Shown in pieces: positions 41,151 through 54,944 of a DNA stretch of 64,000 nt (position 1 is the first letter of the stretch; each line of letters starts with the position of its first letter). The DNA is from Lingula anatina. Its lineage: Eukaryota; Animalia; Brachiopoda. A model generated the notes under the pieces. That model saw only the letters and a list, made by a program, of their open reading frames with translations. It was not told where the DNA came from and did no database searches. The position numbers and the translations under genes were made by a program. The stretch spans positions 15,500,001 through 15,564,000 of the forward strand of contig CM120645.1 in the NCBI GenBank assembly GCA_051362555.1, read 5' to 3'.

Positions 41151-42339
41151 CACGGATTAACAAATTTGTAAAGCACTGCATAGCTCATTTTACACCTTGC
41201 AAAACTAACCACTTGCATGCAAAATTTCAAATTCTTCTATGCAGTAGTTGCCGATATATGGATACTTTTTTGACAGAACCATGCCTTGCCAAACCCAAGC
41301 TTTGACCTGTCCAAAGGAGCACTACCAAATTAAATCACTGCATAGTACATAATGCAGCAGCGCAACAAACCTGGTATTCAGTTAATTGGTTGCGACACAC
41401 CTGACTACACACTTCTCCATTCACATATCTTATATGAGATCCGAGTTTGTGAAAAAAAGAACGCATTTTCACCTAGGCATACCTTCGAAACTGAAATATT
41501 TCATATTAAATGTCAAGTCTGTAGTGCCATACACTGAAAATGCTACAGAGTGGCTAAAAGTTTTGTTAGGTATAGCTTTAATTTAGTGTAGAAAACGAAA
41601 AAAGTTTAATGTTATGAGGCACAATACTGATGATTACAAAAACCATTCCGGTATGTTATTACCCCTGACAATGAGGATAGGTTGTAGGAACCAGAATGTG
41701 AGGCGTAGTTAGTCTACTTCAAAGCTGTGATAGCAGACTGGAAGAGAAACTATATTTATATATCACAACATTGTTTAGATTTATTATTATAATTAATATT
41801 AAAATGCTGACATAATGTTAAAACAAGGCAGCAAAGCTGTGAAATGCATTTATAAATAAATGTCAAAACTGATAGAAACGGTGATATTAAAACAGCTTAA
41901 AATGACAGACAACTAATTTAATAATGAAAGTCCACGAAATATTTTAGCAATAATCAGGGCGTCAAGTTCCTACTTCTCCTATGTTTTCATTTTTTTTTTT
42001 TTTGAGATCTTCGTATTTTTCTTGTTTTCTAGAGAAAATCCCTATTTATTCCTATTTTTGGTCTAAAAATGATGTTATGTATCAAGGATACCTTAGTCAA
42101 CAATGAACTCGAACTGAATGTGTTGACTGCTCCAAGTGTATTTCAATTAGGATAAAGAAAAATCTGAATCTGATACTGGGTCTTACTTGATATGAACACC
42201 ACTACACGCTTCAAGTAAAATCCAGTATAAGATTCAATTTAAATATAGCCGTTAACCGCGACTGTCTTGCTCGTGCACATCAGTGATGATACAATAAGCG
42301 GAAACCCCTTTTACCTTTTGTTTTTAATCTTACAGAACT

Positions 42340-43060
42340 GATATTTTATCATAAAATACACATCGAGTCCAAACATCAGCATGATCGGCCCATTTTTTGA
42401 AAAGTTACGCTGGGTTTTTTGGCTTTTTTTCAGCATATATGAAATAACACTGAAAACACATTTTGATGAAAACCCATAGGCCTATAAACTTGAAACTTAC
42501 AGGAGTGATCGATCTTACTGAAATACTTCGAAAATCGGCTTAATCGGACCATTTTTGCAAATGGTTTGGTTTTTAGTGGGCTTTTTTCAGTGTATATGCG
42601 ATATAGATAACACATTGAGTGTAAAACTTGTTGTCTTCAAACTTACAGGAATAATCAATATCCTAAAACAGGTCAAGTTTGAAAACCAGCCTGATCAGAT
42701 TTTTTTTCTTGAAATAATGCAATTTTTTGGTATTATTTTCATTTTTCACATTCATGTTTTGGCGTTTTCAGGAATTTCAGGAATTTCACCTGAACATCTT
42801 TGCTGATCACTTTTTCCACTTATCTATGTTATCTGCAGGGCATAATTAAAAAATGGTGGTGATTATGGTGGTAAGCAAAAAAAAAAAAAACATTTTGGCC
42901 ACTGACGCCATAATTCCCATTAATGTAAAACCATGTCACTTATGCATCTCAAATCACAGAAAATATTTATAGGACTGTAATACAGCTTCAGTTAGAAAAC
43001 GGCTTGATTGATTTTTTCCGGAAGTTTAGTTGAGTTTAAAATTGGCAAACATAAAATGGC
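42340..43060 (+). repeat. Diverged fragment related to the intronic HINE-type family
   Basis: Shares motifs (cagcatgatcggccc, cagcatatatg, aaacttacaggag, caggtcaagtttgaaaa, aaaaccatgtcact) with 13670-18098. Confidence 0.6.
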
Positions 43061-43066
43061 TCAAAA

Positions 43067-43105
<39 letters not shown>

Positions 43106-44135
43106 AACAAAGATAGATAATAACAGTTTAGTAAATATAAAGTATGCACATGCCATCAATGCTTTGGCCAATAAACTTTATTATTACACTGTTTATCGTC
43201 GTTTAATTTTTTCTCAGCTAACACGGTTTAGAATCTTCATCCGCCTGGGGTGGTTTTTCTAGAGGGAGCTAATCGACGCTCGTCTGTCACCCTGATACCT
43301 CAATAATAAAAATAATAGTATCAGAATGACTTAATCAGAATGAGTTTATAATAGTTTAACTTTATACTGTCATCCTAGTTACCGCAGTAAAAACCATTTT
43401 ATTAACTTTCAACATATTAAATAAAAACGCCGTATGTCCGCAGTGTCCATATGTCCGCCGTGGGACTTAGTGTCATGCCAACTGCCAGCAGATATGTGAT
43501 GACGTGCAATATCTATTTTGAGCTTCACATGCCATTCGTGTCAGCTTCTTCATTTTTATATCTCAGAATATATAATACAGAGAACAAACTGGCAGTCATA
43601 TTGTACGTCCACACTACGTCTGTCACTCAGGATGTGAAGTCAGTATTTCAAAGAACTGTTATCCGGGAATCATTCCTTGAATAAGGGCTCTAAGCCTAAT
43701 GACGTACAAAAGGCCAATTAATCTCAACAATAATGGTAAGCACGATTCTTAGTTTTTTAACAGCTGAAAGTAAGAAGTGGGAAAACGAAGGCTAATGCAG
43801 TGTGCTACATGTAGTACAAGTGGAATATCTACTTTATTTTTTTTTTCTGTAAAACTATGCAGGCTTGAATATCAACGACGCAGCTTCTTGATCAGCTTGG
43901 GGTTTTCTTGGTTGCATTGGGATAATCCAGTAAAAGTAGACACCACGGGAAATAGAAGAATTCAGGTATGAGAGACGGTTGGCGGGTTTGAAGTCATCAA
44001 CCTATTCAAAATATCTACATAAATTACAGACGTAGCCAATAGAACATTCAGCACCGTTTTCCTTCCCAGAGTAAGAGAAATCGGAGAAGATTCGCTAAAC
44101 ACACTCAGAGTGCTTGCAGATTTGAAGACAAGAAC

Positions 44136-45407
44136 ATGCCCAACACCACCTTGATATTGAATGAAACTTTGGAGGGGGACGTAGTTTCACTGAACGGATC
44201 AAATATGGCCGCTCCCCCCTGTCAACGCATGAGCTGCGTCGTCTATATCGCCGTAGAAGTTTTGATATCGTTGATATCGATAACGTCGAATTGTTTTGTC
44301 ATTACTGCGTTTTGGAAGTTCAAGTGGCTTCGGTCGAACACTAACATAGCCATTGTGAGCTTAGCACTGGTTGACGTTTTGACAGGTCTAATCGGCATGC
44401 CTTACAATATAGTCATAGCATACCTCGTCGATGTCGTTCCAGCACTGCATCATTTAGCTTTGAATGAATACTTCTGCTTGGGAAAACTGGTGATAGTGGG
44501 TACGTTCCTTGGACTTTCATTGCTTATACAGACTCTGATTTCCTTTGAAAGATACGTCAAGATATGCTGGCATACTCACTATCAAAGAATTTTGCCAAAA
44601 AAGAGATTTTATTTCATCACTGGTATGTGCTACTTGTATTTGTTCATTCTGAATTCTGTACCCTTAATGGGATGGAATAACTGGACTCCGGGGGTGGAGT
44701 GTAGGGCAGATAAGGTAATGGCAGGTTTCGTGCGTTACCTTGGATCACCACATATTCCTATTTGCCTGTTATTTGCTTTAGGTTTCTACATCGCAATATT
44801 TAGAAAAGTCAAGAAACAAAAACAACAAATTGGGCAATACGGCAATGCATTGCAAGGCACTTCATCGCACGGGATGCAAATTGTTACACCGGAAAACCAA
44901 ACAGCTAGTAACAGCATGGCGCTGAAATTTCCATCAGCTGCAGGCCCATCAACGTCGCTCAATGCGACAACCAGCCTCGGAGGTCTAAATACGGTTTCCG
45001 GTGTCATCTCGGGAGCAGGTATGGGAGGTGAAAGTGGAATAACCGGTTCCACTGATATGGTGTCATTGGAGGCGACTACGTCCAGGGGAGGTCCTTCTGC
45101 GTCTCACGCCCGCTCTGACGAGTCAGCAAGGGTGACAATCAACGTATCGACCAGCAATACGGAGGCCAAGCTTGCAAAAATGACTGCAGCTACTCTCGGG
45201 TGCTTCTTTGCTCTGTATTGTCCATATCTAATGATATTCTGGTGCGAAAAATATTTTGAGAAGGGTAGTTTGACATTCGCTGTACTTAGAAACATTGCTA
45301 TTGAATTTATAGCGTTAAGTTCAGCAATTAATCCGTTCATATACGGTTTCATGAATTCCAATTTCAGGAGAGCATTTTCCAAAATGTTTAAATGTAATAA
45401 GACATAA
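44136..45407 (+). CDS. Intronless class A (rhodopsin-like) GPCR, adenosine/amine-receptor-like orphan, 423 aa
   Basis: Seven hydrophobic segments; TM1 SN, TM2 SLALVD, TM3 C...ERY, TM4-ECL2 PLMGWN..C, long S/G/T-rich ICL3, TM7 NPFIY, helix 8 FRRAF; N-glycosylation sequons at the N-terminus. Confidence 0.92.
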   Translation: MPNTTLILNETLEGDVVSLNGSNMAAPPCQRMSCVVYIAVEVLISLISITSNCFVITAFWKFKWLRSNTNIAIVSLALVDVLTGLIGMPYNIVIAYLVDVVPALHHLALNEYFCLGKLVIVGTFLGLSLLIQTLISFERYVKICWHTHYQRILPKKRFYFITGMCYLYLFILNSVPLMGWNNWTPGVECRADKVMAGFVRYLGSPHIPICLLFALGFYIAIFRKVKKQKQQIGQYGNALQGTSSHGMQIVTPENQTASNSMALKFPSAAGPSTSLNATTSLGGLNTVSGVISGAGMGGESGITGSTDMVSLEATTSRGGPSASHARSDESARVTINVSTSNTEAKLAKMTAATLGCFFALYCPYLMIFWCEKYFEKGSLTFAVLRNIAIEFIALSSAINPFIYGFMNSNFRRAFSKMFKCNKT

Positions 45408-48400
45408 TCACCAACGCTTGAAAATAGAAAACATTTAATATTCCCCTTTCCCTTCCCCTTTAATTAAACTTGTATATAATGCTACCAATCGTTGTATTGA
45501 CTTTAAGTGGCGTTAAGGCAATCTGTAGAGATGTTACAAAGTAAAAAACAACACAGTTATGTACTTGATTTATAATTAGGACTTATCTTTAAAATATCAC
45601 GACTAGCATCACAACATTGGGTTGCAAAGTCGGTATTGATATTCATTAAATGTAGGGCACTCAATGAAAATAGGATTAGCTTTCTAATGGAAAACCCTTC
45701 TACTTGACACCAGCGTGAGGATCACACTATGAAGCTGGATGAGTGTCCACGCCTTAATTCACATTGAGAAACAACTGTTCGCATACCCTTGAATACCTCA
45801 GGTAAAACATCTTTGTTCTTTATATGATATGATTGAATACGCAGACAAAATATAATATCTATGTCCGAGGAACAATCACAATGTTGCCCGGATAGACATC
45901 TGTAATTTTCATCAGCTTAAATATATATATATATATATATTGTTATTTGATATACGTATAGCTTATATTATTCTTTTTTTGGCATGTGCTAGGATCGTTA
46001 AAATAAATAAGTTATTAACTTAGTCGTTAAGAAATGGGGCGGTGATTTCCCTATTACATTGTAGTTGTATAATCTATCCTCATATTAATTCATATATTGT
46101 GGTGGTCACTAACAGTGGTATATTTGGTTACTGTTTTGATTAAAAACATATTCTATTTATTCCAAACTGTTTACACAATGTTTTGAGGATACAAAAATGA
46201 ATACCTAAAGGCGACGTAGCCTACATATACGCTTGCTGCTATTCATTTGGTTGTTAGTCGTGTTAAGGCTGTTTTATAAATTTTGTTTGTAATTTCGATG
46301 TAATCAGCTCGTAGTCTTTCTGAGATCCATGCAAAATAACCAAAAACAACAATTAGCTGGCAAGATTAAACAACTGGCGTATTCCTTATAAATCTCTAAC
46401 TCTAATGAGATAAATATACCTCTGGTGTGATTCAAATGCTTCAATTTCTTCAACTGTTTCAACAAAAAAAGTTGTCCTCCGTGTTATGTATTTGATATCA
46501 GCCATGAACTGTCTGAGTTCCTCTCATGCCTTTTCAAAAATTTTTTTCTAGTTCAAATCTGTCAATATATAAAAGGGGCAAAATAGAAATTATTTATTGA
46601 AATGTCAAGAATTGCTTTTACAAAAATTATAAAAGGATTAATCTTATCTTAATGAGAAATATGTGCGAATTTGGGTTATCGGTATCATGCTATTCATATG
46701 AAGCTTACATGTACAAGTATGATCCGAAATATACCAATATTGTTGCGTAACGTATTGTTTTTAGTTGCTTTCTATCATTTATATGAAAATTTCCCAAACT
46801 TTTCCAATTTTCCCAATGTTTCATATTAATATATAATATAATGTAATATACAATTGTTGTATGTCCCTGCAATTTGATGAAGGCATCAAAACATATTTTT
46901 GAGTTATGTAGCCTTAGCATGCTGCTCTTCGTTTCCTTTTTAAATTATGACATAGCTTGTTCAGATACTTGAATTTATCTCCCGCTGTAATGTTAAGTTC
47001 ACGAAGCAATTGTCAACAGATCTGCTTCATTGTCCAATAGGTTATCGCTGGTTTTTGTTCAGTACTTGTCCCTGCATTTGTGCGACATGCTATTGAAACA
47101 GGAGTCTTCAACATCACCTTAATCTTATCACCTCTAGCAAGAGTAATTTGCTAAATATATGCCGTAATCAGAAACAAACTGTGCTCCCCTGTTGTTTCCT
47201 GCGCGGCAGACCGATTGTCATATACAGTAGATGACATGCTAAGTACCAGCAGGTGCTTGTCCGATAATTAGTTTTAGGGGAATTACGTTCACCATGAAAT
47301 GATCAGATGAGAAACAGGATGTCTAATTAAACGGTCTAAAACATCGTCTTACAGTTGTAATTAGGTAAGGGCTTAACATAAATCGATATATGATTTTAAA
47401 CAATCGGCCCAAACAAGTAATGAGCATGAAGACGTATGTAAGTTGTCTGTGTCAGGCCTAGGGAGACCACAACGTTGTCGAAAACCCTGGATAAACATGT
47501 GTTATTATTATCAGCTTTCAGAACAGGAAAACAAACTTCTTTACAGTAGCAACAGCTAAAGAGAAAATAACACTTAGTCTGATTACATGTTTATTATAAA
47601 CTATCCACTTACTGCAATAAAGTTCACTTATTTTGAATTTGCCCCCCATAACATTAGTATATATAAACATTGTTATCTAATTTAATTAAAAATATATATT
47701 AAAACTGGTTACTTAATGTTTTGAAGGTTAAAAATATCGAATAAATGTCCTAAATTCAAAGTACGTGCACTTACTGTTTTCATGAGTAAAGTTGTTGTCA
47801 AAGTAACTTTATCAACCTTGTGTGTAATAACGATGTAAAAAATATATCGGAACGTGAAATAAAAATTAAAATTACATGACTCCGAACAAACGTTACCCAT
47901 AACACACGTTACCATTTAAAAAAAGGAAAAAAATACATTGAATATAAAATAAGGTTTTTACTGTGCTAAAATATATGACAGCATCCAGAACAACAAGAAA
48001 GTGTCAAATATGTGGTTATATTAGATACCATGAAATAAACAGGTAATTTATTTTGTAAAACCTCTTTCAGCTTTATTTCGACTCTCATAAAGCAAAATTG
48101 AAATCCAAAAACGAATAAGCAAAGTGGAGCTTTGAGAGGACCTCATGACGACTTAAGTTTGTGAACACTTCAGATGGTCCCTCAGTGTCTATTCTATAAA
48201 TTTGGACTCTAGTCGTCTTTGTCAATGTCACTACATACACAGCCTGGGTAGTGGTTGTGATAGTCAAAGATAATGCATCGTCAATTGCTCTTTTTGGTAC
48301 ACTTACATAAGGCGTATCTGTTATTTAATATTGCCGCATACAATGAATCAGTTACGCCTTCAGGATTTTATTATGAAAAAAGGTTCGAATAAGTACGTCT

Positions 48401-48650
48401 CGCAGTTAGAAAAAACACATTTACTCTATAGATTTAGAGGTGGATTTCATGTTCCTGTTTTTGTCAAGAGTAATGTTGTTTGGGATATGTCGATCTGATT
48501 TAAACACCAAGCTATTCTTTTGTATTTCACAAAACGTTTTAATAATAATTGCCCCTATTCAAACATTTGCCTATTTAGCAGCGACGTCAAACATGAAGTA
48601 TCTTTTTTTCAAAGCTACATTGAATTCAGAACAAGTGGATATCTAATTAA

Positions 48651-49879
48651 GAGCAATGTTGAAAAACACAGCCTTGTGTCTGCCAATAAGTTTCAGCGGC
48701 AGAATTAGAAGAAAAAGGTAATTATACTTGGATTAAATGCGACTAATCCTCAGAAGCCATCAAATACCCACTGTGGTTTGAAACATCTTCTCAACATGAG
48801 AAAGCAGACAGTTTGAACTCAGTATACATATTCTGTTGTATTATATTATTTTCATACTTCATCAATTCATTCAGAAACAATCATCACATTTTAAAATTAT
48901 CTTCTAAATAATCACAACTTAAAAAAGCATTTGTTGTAAACTTAAGGCGCGAACCAAATAAGGTCTCCTCCCTGATCTTTTTGTACTACCTTTGTAATAA
49001 AGTACGAAATGTAAAAAATGATAATGAAAAAAAATCAAACTATACTGCGCTACCAGTAAATGACAGTGCATTTTTAGCTTTTTTAATCTCAACGGTATCA
49101 AAACACTATACCTTACCTAGCATATATGGCTTTAGCTATACCTATACAAGCAGTGGACTTCAGAATCTATTTACTCCATCAATTAATTTACTTTACCAAG
49201 TATATCAAGGCAACAGCACCTGATGATATCCAAGCTTGCACCACACATTAGCATACATCTAACACTCTTAACTTTGCCTTGGGGCTTTCATCGAACATGT
49301 GCTCATATTTGACCCAGGTAATAAGAAATTTTCATTAAAATTATTACTGCGTGGAAAAAAAGCAAAATGTCTACATTTAAGAATTTAAAAACCGATATCA
49401 ATTCCTCGCGGTGTGACAACTATGTTGAGCAACAGTTAAATTACAATGCTCTTCATCGGAAATAAAGCAGCACGAAACATCGTAATGATAAAGATTAGTT
49501 TTGTCTGGATACAAGGTCCATAATACCTTAAAACCTTGGAAATGTTTTGATGGGTTTGATTAACTATGGATGACCAAACTGTGAAACTGCATGTGACACC
49601 GCAGGGACTGGGATGGCGGTAGGAGTGTTATGTCACAAAGTGCAGCAGGAGTTCAAGGCGATTTGCAGAGCTCCAGGAACTTATTAGGTGTTATTATTGA
49701 ATGGCGTATTTCCATCATACCGTCCTGTTTTTATTGCAGTAGTATTATTGTGAAATTTTTATGAATAAATTATTTTTGTATATTTTCTGCAATATTTCAG
49801 TAAATCAATGTCATTTTGTTTACTTCAGAGGCTGAACGGTCCGTTTTCTAACCGATAAGCGCCAAGGGTGACCAGGGCC
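48651..49879 (+). repeat. ~1.2-kb segment, copy A
   Basis: Collinear with 56375-57614 and 63130-64000. Confidence 0.9.
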
Positions 49880-51844
49880 AGACAATAAGCGTCATTAAAA
49901 TATAAGATATCACTGGTCTGCGTATTTCTCTTTTGCGGCCAAGTCGCTAGCCTTTCCGCATTGTTTTGATGTTGAATTTGCGAGATATCCACTCCACTGA
50001 CGTACGTTTACTTTAAAAAAATTGTTACTGTACAAGCTATCGTAAAGTAAGCAATGTTTTTTTTTTCTTTTTTTAAGGCATAGATAAATGATTTGTATAA
50101 TTTTTATACTCAAATTTACATGCATGTATACATTTCAGATAATTTTCCTAATTCTGCTACTTACTGTTTATCGAAATATATAATGATTCTTAAGCAACAC
50201 CCGTTTAATCCGGTTATCAATAAATGACCAGATGACTATAAACTGTTTAATCGACTAATATACATACGTATGCCCTTGGATGTAAATATTATTGTCAGTG
50301 CGTTGAATCATTATGTTTAGTCAATGAGACTGAAAGTAAATTCTATTCTATTGTTTTTTTAATTCAGTCAAAAATAATTGGACAATCAAATACATGTCAC
50401 TTATATTTCTACTTCATAACCACATTTCAGTATAAACTTAAAACAAGCAAAAACAACATTAAGTCTCTGGCACTACATCGGTTTTGTTACATTACACAAA
50501 ATGTAACTGTGAAGTTCAATGCAGCTGTGACAACCGACATTAATTAGAACTGAATAAATTTCTTGGAAGTAAAATAAAGTACTATACAAAAACGTAATTC
50601 ATGCTGACATAGGTATCATTTACACAATGAACCCATTCAAACCAGCAGGCAGTCACGGTATAAATTTACCCTCATACTTTGGTTTCTACGCTCTAAGCAG
50701 AATACTCTATTTTTACTGCAAATGAGAGTTGCGTCATTATTGCTCGTTGAGTTTCGATCCTTTTTAATATCAAAAGATGACTTTCACAGCAGTTGTAGCC
50801 TTTATTTTGGTATATTTTGCTATAGAACAATTCCACATAGTATGTTGTTACGCTAAAGAGATGTGAATGCCATCATTGTAAGTTAACTTACATGTACATC
50901 CATTATATGGTACAAATTATTTACTGCATATACTGTACTAGCCTGTAATACAGTATATGCAGTGGGTGTTGTATGTTTAAGTACTGGATAGTTCATGTTC
51001 ATTTGTTATGAATAGATTTAACTAGTAGGTTTATTTGTTATGACAGCTTATTTATTTTATTTATTTACTTATTCATTTATTGATAATGATCATTCTGACA
51101 ACTTTTCTTTTATGATACTTTATGAAAAAAATTATTGGAAATATTAAAAAGTTTTATGGTAAAATACTGCATGAAAATAAATGAAAAATGGATATTAAAT
51201 TTGCATTCTTGTACCCGTAGGATTTTGACTCCCCTAGTTAAAAGCACTTATTTCATATTTAGCACACATTTAAATGTTTCTACTTTTTAGTTTTTTTATG
51301 GAGAACATATGTGGAATATTTAAATTTTGTGGGTAAAAATTTTTGCAATAGTGTTTGAAATTTAAAAATAGTGAGAAATTCAGTATAATATTTATTTTAC
51401 ACCCATGAAAAGGACAATTATTTTTTATTCAGTCATTATATCATTATTTTCCACATACTTTTCATTGTATATATAATGATAACTCTGCACACTAAGCTAT
51501 ATGAAAATAAAAATAGTTTTGTGTCATATCAGAAAAGAATATTTTTTCAATTAAGTGCATACAATATCAACAAAATGTAGACGAATGTAAAAAGGATCCA
51601 CTGAGACAAGAAAATTCTGCTTCTCTTCAATATTTTACCTTGTGGCAGTGAAAACTTAATGATTACTTTGCACGCTAGGCTAAATCAAAATACTTTTGCC
51701 CCTTAACTAAAAAAAATCATATTGTAATTTAAGAACACAATAGTAAGGAAATATCACCAACATGTGAATAATGCTGCTTACAAATTTCCCATAAATTTGC
51801 TTTACAACTATCACATAAGGTTATTCTCTTTGTTAAGATGAGTT

Positions 51845-54011
51845 TTAAATATCATAAACAGGCTGAAAATGTTGATGCCTGTTGTAATATAGATTACTCC
51901 ACTTTTCTTTGACTTGTCTGACAACTTAGGTACTGGACTATACTTCAACCACTTATAAATTTGTTTACCCTGTTTGTCTTGACCATAGGGTGAATAAACC
52001 ATGATATCAGTACAAAGTAAAGTTGCAGCTACAAAAACCTGAATTTCGGAGGCCCACTGGCCAGATTTGCTGATATTGCTTATGGCAGAATAATCTGAAC
52101 ATTGTGCGAGCTTGCTAAAAGATTCATTGTTGTGCTCCAAATAAGTAGTGATTGCCTTTCTGGTTTCTCTATGATAGGTCTGACAACCTGTTATAATGTG
52201 GCTGAATGTGCGAAAAAAGCAGTTGCCATCCCCTCGAATTGATGCAGATACTTTGGGTGGATCTGTGCGTTTGATTTTATGCGGTTTACCATTCAAATTT
52301 ACGCCATGCACTGGAATCTCCAACTGGTTAGCTTTTTCTGTTTGCCACTGCTGGTGAACAGGATTGTACTCAAGGTCTGTCTCTCCAGTTGTGTTCTCCA
52401 GCACTTGCGGAGTGTCTTTCGGCAGTTTGTATGGCTTCATTCTGGAGGTATTAGCTAGTGCTTTCTTGTTTTTCAGCTTGTAAACCCCTTTTGAACGTAC
52501 CTCTTCCACTTCGAATGGTCCCACCCACTTTGGCTGTAGTTTGTCTCCCATCCTTGCAATTCGCCGTGCGTTATTCAGCAACACTGCATCCCCTACTTTG
52601 TAACTTGGAGCCTCATGGCGTGCATCGTACCTTTTCTTTTGATGGACCTGGGCCCTGGAAATGTTCTCTTGGGCTTCAACCAGCTTGGAAAACATTCCTG
52701 ATGCTTTGTGACAACGACTGTCAAGGGCTTCTTGCTCTGTTACCTCTGAGGTGGGGTTTCCAACAGGGAATTTGTCTTCAATTAGAAGGGTGGGTTCTTT
52801 GCCGAATGCCAAAAAGAAAGGTGTTTTCTTAGTTGAAGAGTGTTCTGTGGTTCTGTATGCAAGGAGACATGGGTCAATGAACTCATCCCAGTTGTCCTGA
52901 TGGGCATTCGCATACTTTGCGAGGGAATTGCAGAGAGTCCTGTTATAACGTTCACACTGTCCATTTACCTGGGGGTGGTAGGCAGTTGTGCGGCGATGCT
53001 CAATTCCAAGTTGCTGACACAAATTTTCATTAATTTGATTACAAAATTCACGTCCTTGGTCAGAAATAAGCACTTTGATATTGGCATAACGGCACACAAC
53101 TTTCATAAGAGATTTTGCAATGACTGCAGCTTCCTTGCTCGGAATCGCCTCCGCTTCAGGCCACTTAGTGAGGTAGTCTGTCAAAACAATGATGTATTTG
53201 TTGCCTCTAGGTGTTTTATTTAATGGCCCGACTAAGTCCATTCCGAATTGGATAAAGGTCTGGTCAGGGGTGGAATTGAATGCAGCGTGGATGGTGCCTT
53301 TGAAAGTACATTGATGCGCTGGCACAGATCACATCTACCTGGAAAAGGATAAATAAAACTTGATTAATCATTTTTTTTATAAGAATACTATATATGTATT
53401 GTTATCCATTCACTTTTTTTTTTATTTTTCTTGTTACTAAGTACATAATATCCTAATATTTGTTCTTCCTATTACAAAATTACTTTTCAAAGCATCTGGT
53501 CAAGTAGAATAACATAACTTATGTAATTGATCAAATTGCAAAATTAGAAAAAAATTAGAGTAAAAACAAGCATTAAAAAATGAGCCCAAGTAACAGTTAC
53601 AAGAAACTTTTTTTAAAGCATTGTTTTTGAGAAGTATAAAATAATTATTTTTATGAAACTAAATATTTGTTAGAATACTCACAAATAAAATCTTCAATTT
53701 CATTTCCCATGTTGGGCCAAAAATACCAAGTTGTTACAGTTTTAACCGTTTTGTTTATACCAAAATGTCCGGCTGTTGGACTAGAATGGCAGCCTTCAAG
53801 GATTTCATTCTTCTCTGACTCTTTAATTACTCTTAACAACCCCCTCTGTTTATGATTGTAATACAAAAGACCAGCAACAACTGAATATCTATTGACCTTT
53901 CTTCTGAAATTTGCCTTTTCCCCTTTGTCCAAAACTGTAGGGGGGCCAACATCTATTTGTAGGATCACTTAAAAGAAACTCCTTGATAGCATGATATTCT
54001 GTCTCATCCAT
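51845..54011 (-). CDS. Ginger integrase-OTU protein (exons 54011-53683 and 53338-51845; three single-base frame defects)
   Basis: MDETEYHAIKEFLL..KANFRRK..LLYY; zinc finger H(SSPTAG)H..|..CDLC split by a GTGAGT-TTCCAG intron; DDE core (MDLVGP, SDQGREF, NGQCER); GPF motif; OTU GDGNCFFR..GQWA..; YNRHQHF in the shifted frame. Confidence 0.8.
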
Positions 54012-54086
54012 GGCAAACAAATTGACACTCAGAGACAGACTGGCAAGTTTGCACAAACTCTGCCAGTTATATAGGCAGGCATCTAA

Positions 54087-54425
54087 GCTACCTCCAAACA
54101 TGTCACAGCCCTGGCAGCTAGCTAATTGCAATCATCTAAGTGTCACAGGTAAGGCCTGGAGCACTGAAATGCCTGTCGTCATTGCTTGATTGCAATCAAC
54201 TTGAGATCACAAGGCTACCATCAAACATGTCACAGCCCTGGCAGCTACCTAATTGCAATTAAACAAGTACCACAAGTAAGGCCTAGAGCACTGAAATATC
54301 TGTGGTTATTGCTTGATTGCAATCAACTTGAGATCACAAGGCTACCATCAAACATGTCACAGCCCTGGCAGCTACCTAATTGCAACTAACCAAGTGCCAC
54401 AGGTAGGACCTGGAGCAATGAAATT
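54087..54425. repeat. ~127-bp tandem repeat (about 2.7 copies) upstream of the Ginger ORF
   Basis: caaacatgtcacagccctggcagcta at 54095, 54222 and 54349. Confidence 0.88.
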
Positions 54426-54944
54426 TTCTAATGCTAAAAATGAAATATGAAACATTTTGACAAGGTAATCCTACAGGTGGTAAGATGAATTCCTTTCGAA
54501 AACATTCTCAATTTTGACAAAAGTTTTCACCACCAAACTTTCAAATGTGATAGGACTGTGACACGCTCATATTCATATGTCGTAGCTTAAAGGAAAAAAT
54601 ATTAAATATGAAACATTTGATTTGTAAGATGGGTCGTCAAAGTCCTATGGGCGCAAGAATGCATACTTATTATCCTTTTTGCTTAATTAACCCCCATCTT
54701 TCATCCAGCTTTAGGGAAAATAATGGGAAAACAAAAGCAAGTGTTTTGTTGGGTATGCTATATAAGAAGAATTAAATAAAAAGGCGATGGGGCCAATTTC
54801 TTGTGTTAAAAATGTAGTGTTTTGACATGGGAGTGCAAAACCTACAAGAATAAAGATGGATACTTGTTTTAAAAATATTGACCAAAATTTTCATCATCAA
54901 ACTTTCAAATAATGACAAAATATCCATCTCTATGCAAACTATGT

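Noticed and set aside
44786-45382. Antisense ORFs over the GPCR (and similar ones over SRPK, Ginger and DIRS)
   Set aside because: Shadow ORFs of real coding sequence on the opposite strand
51811-53325. Gypsy LTR retrotransposon
   Set aside because: No RT, protease, gag or LTRs nearby; the intron and OTU domain point to Ginger
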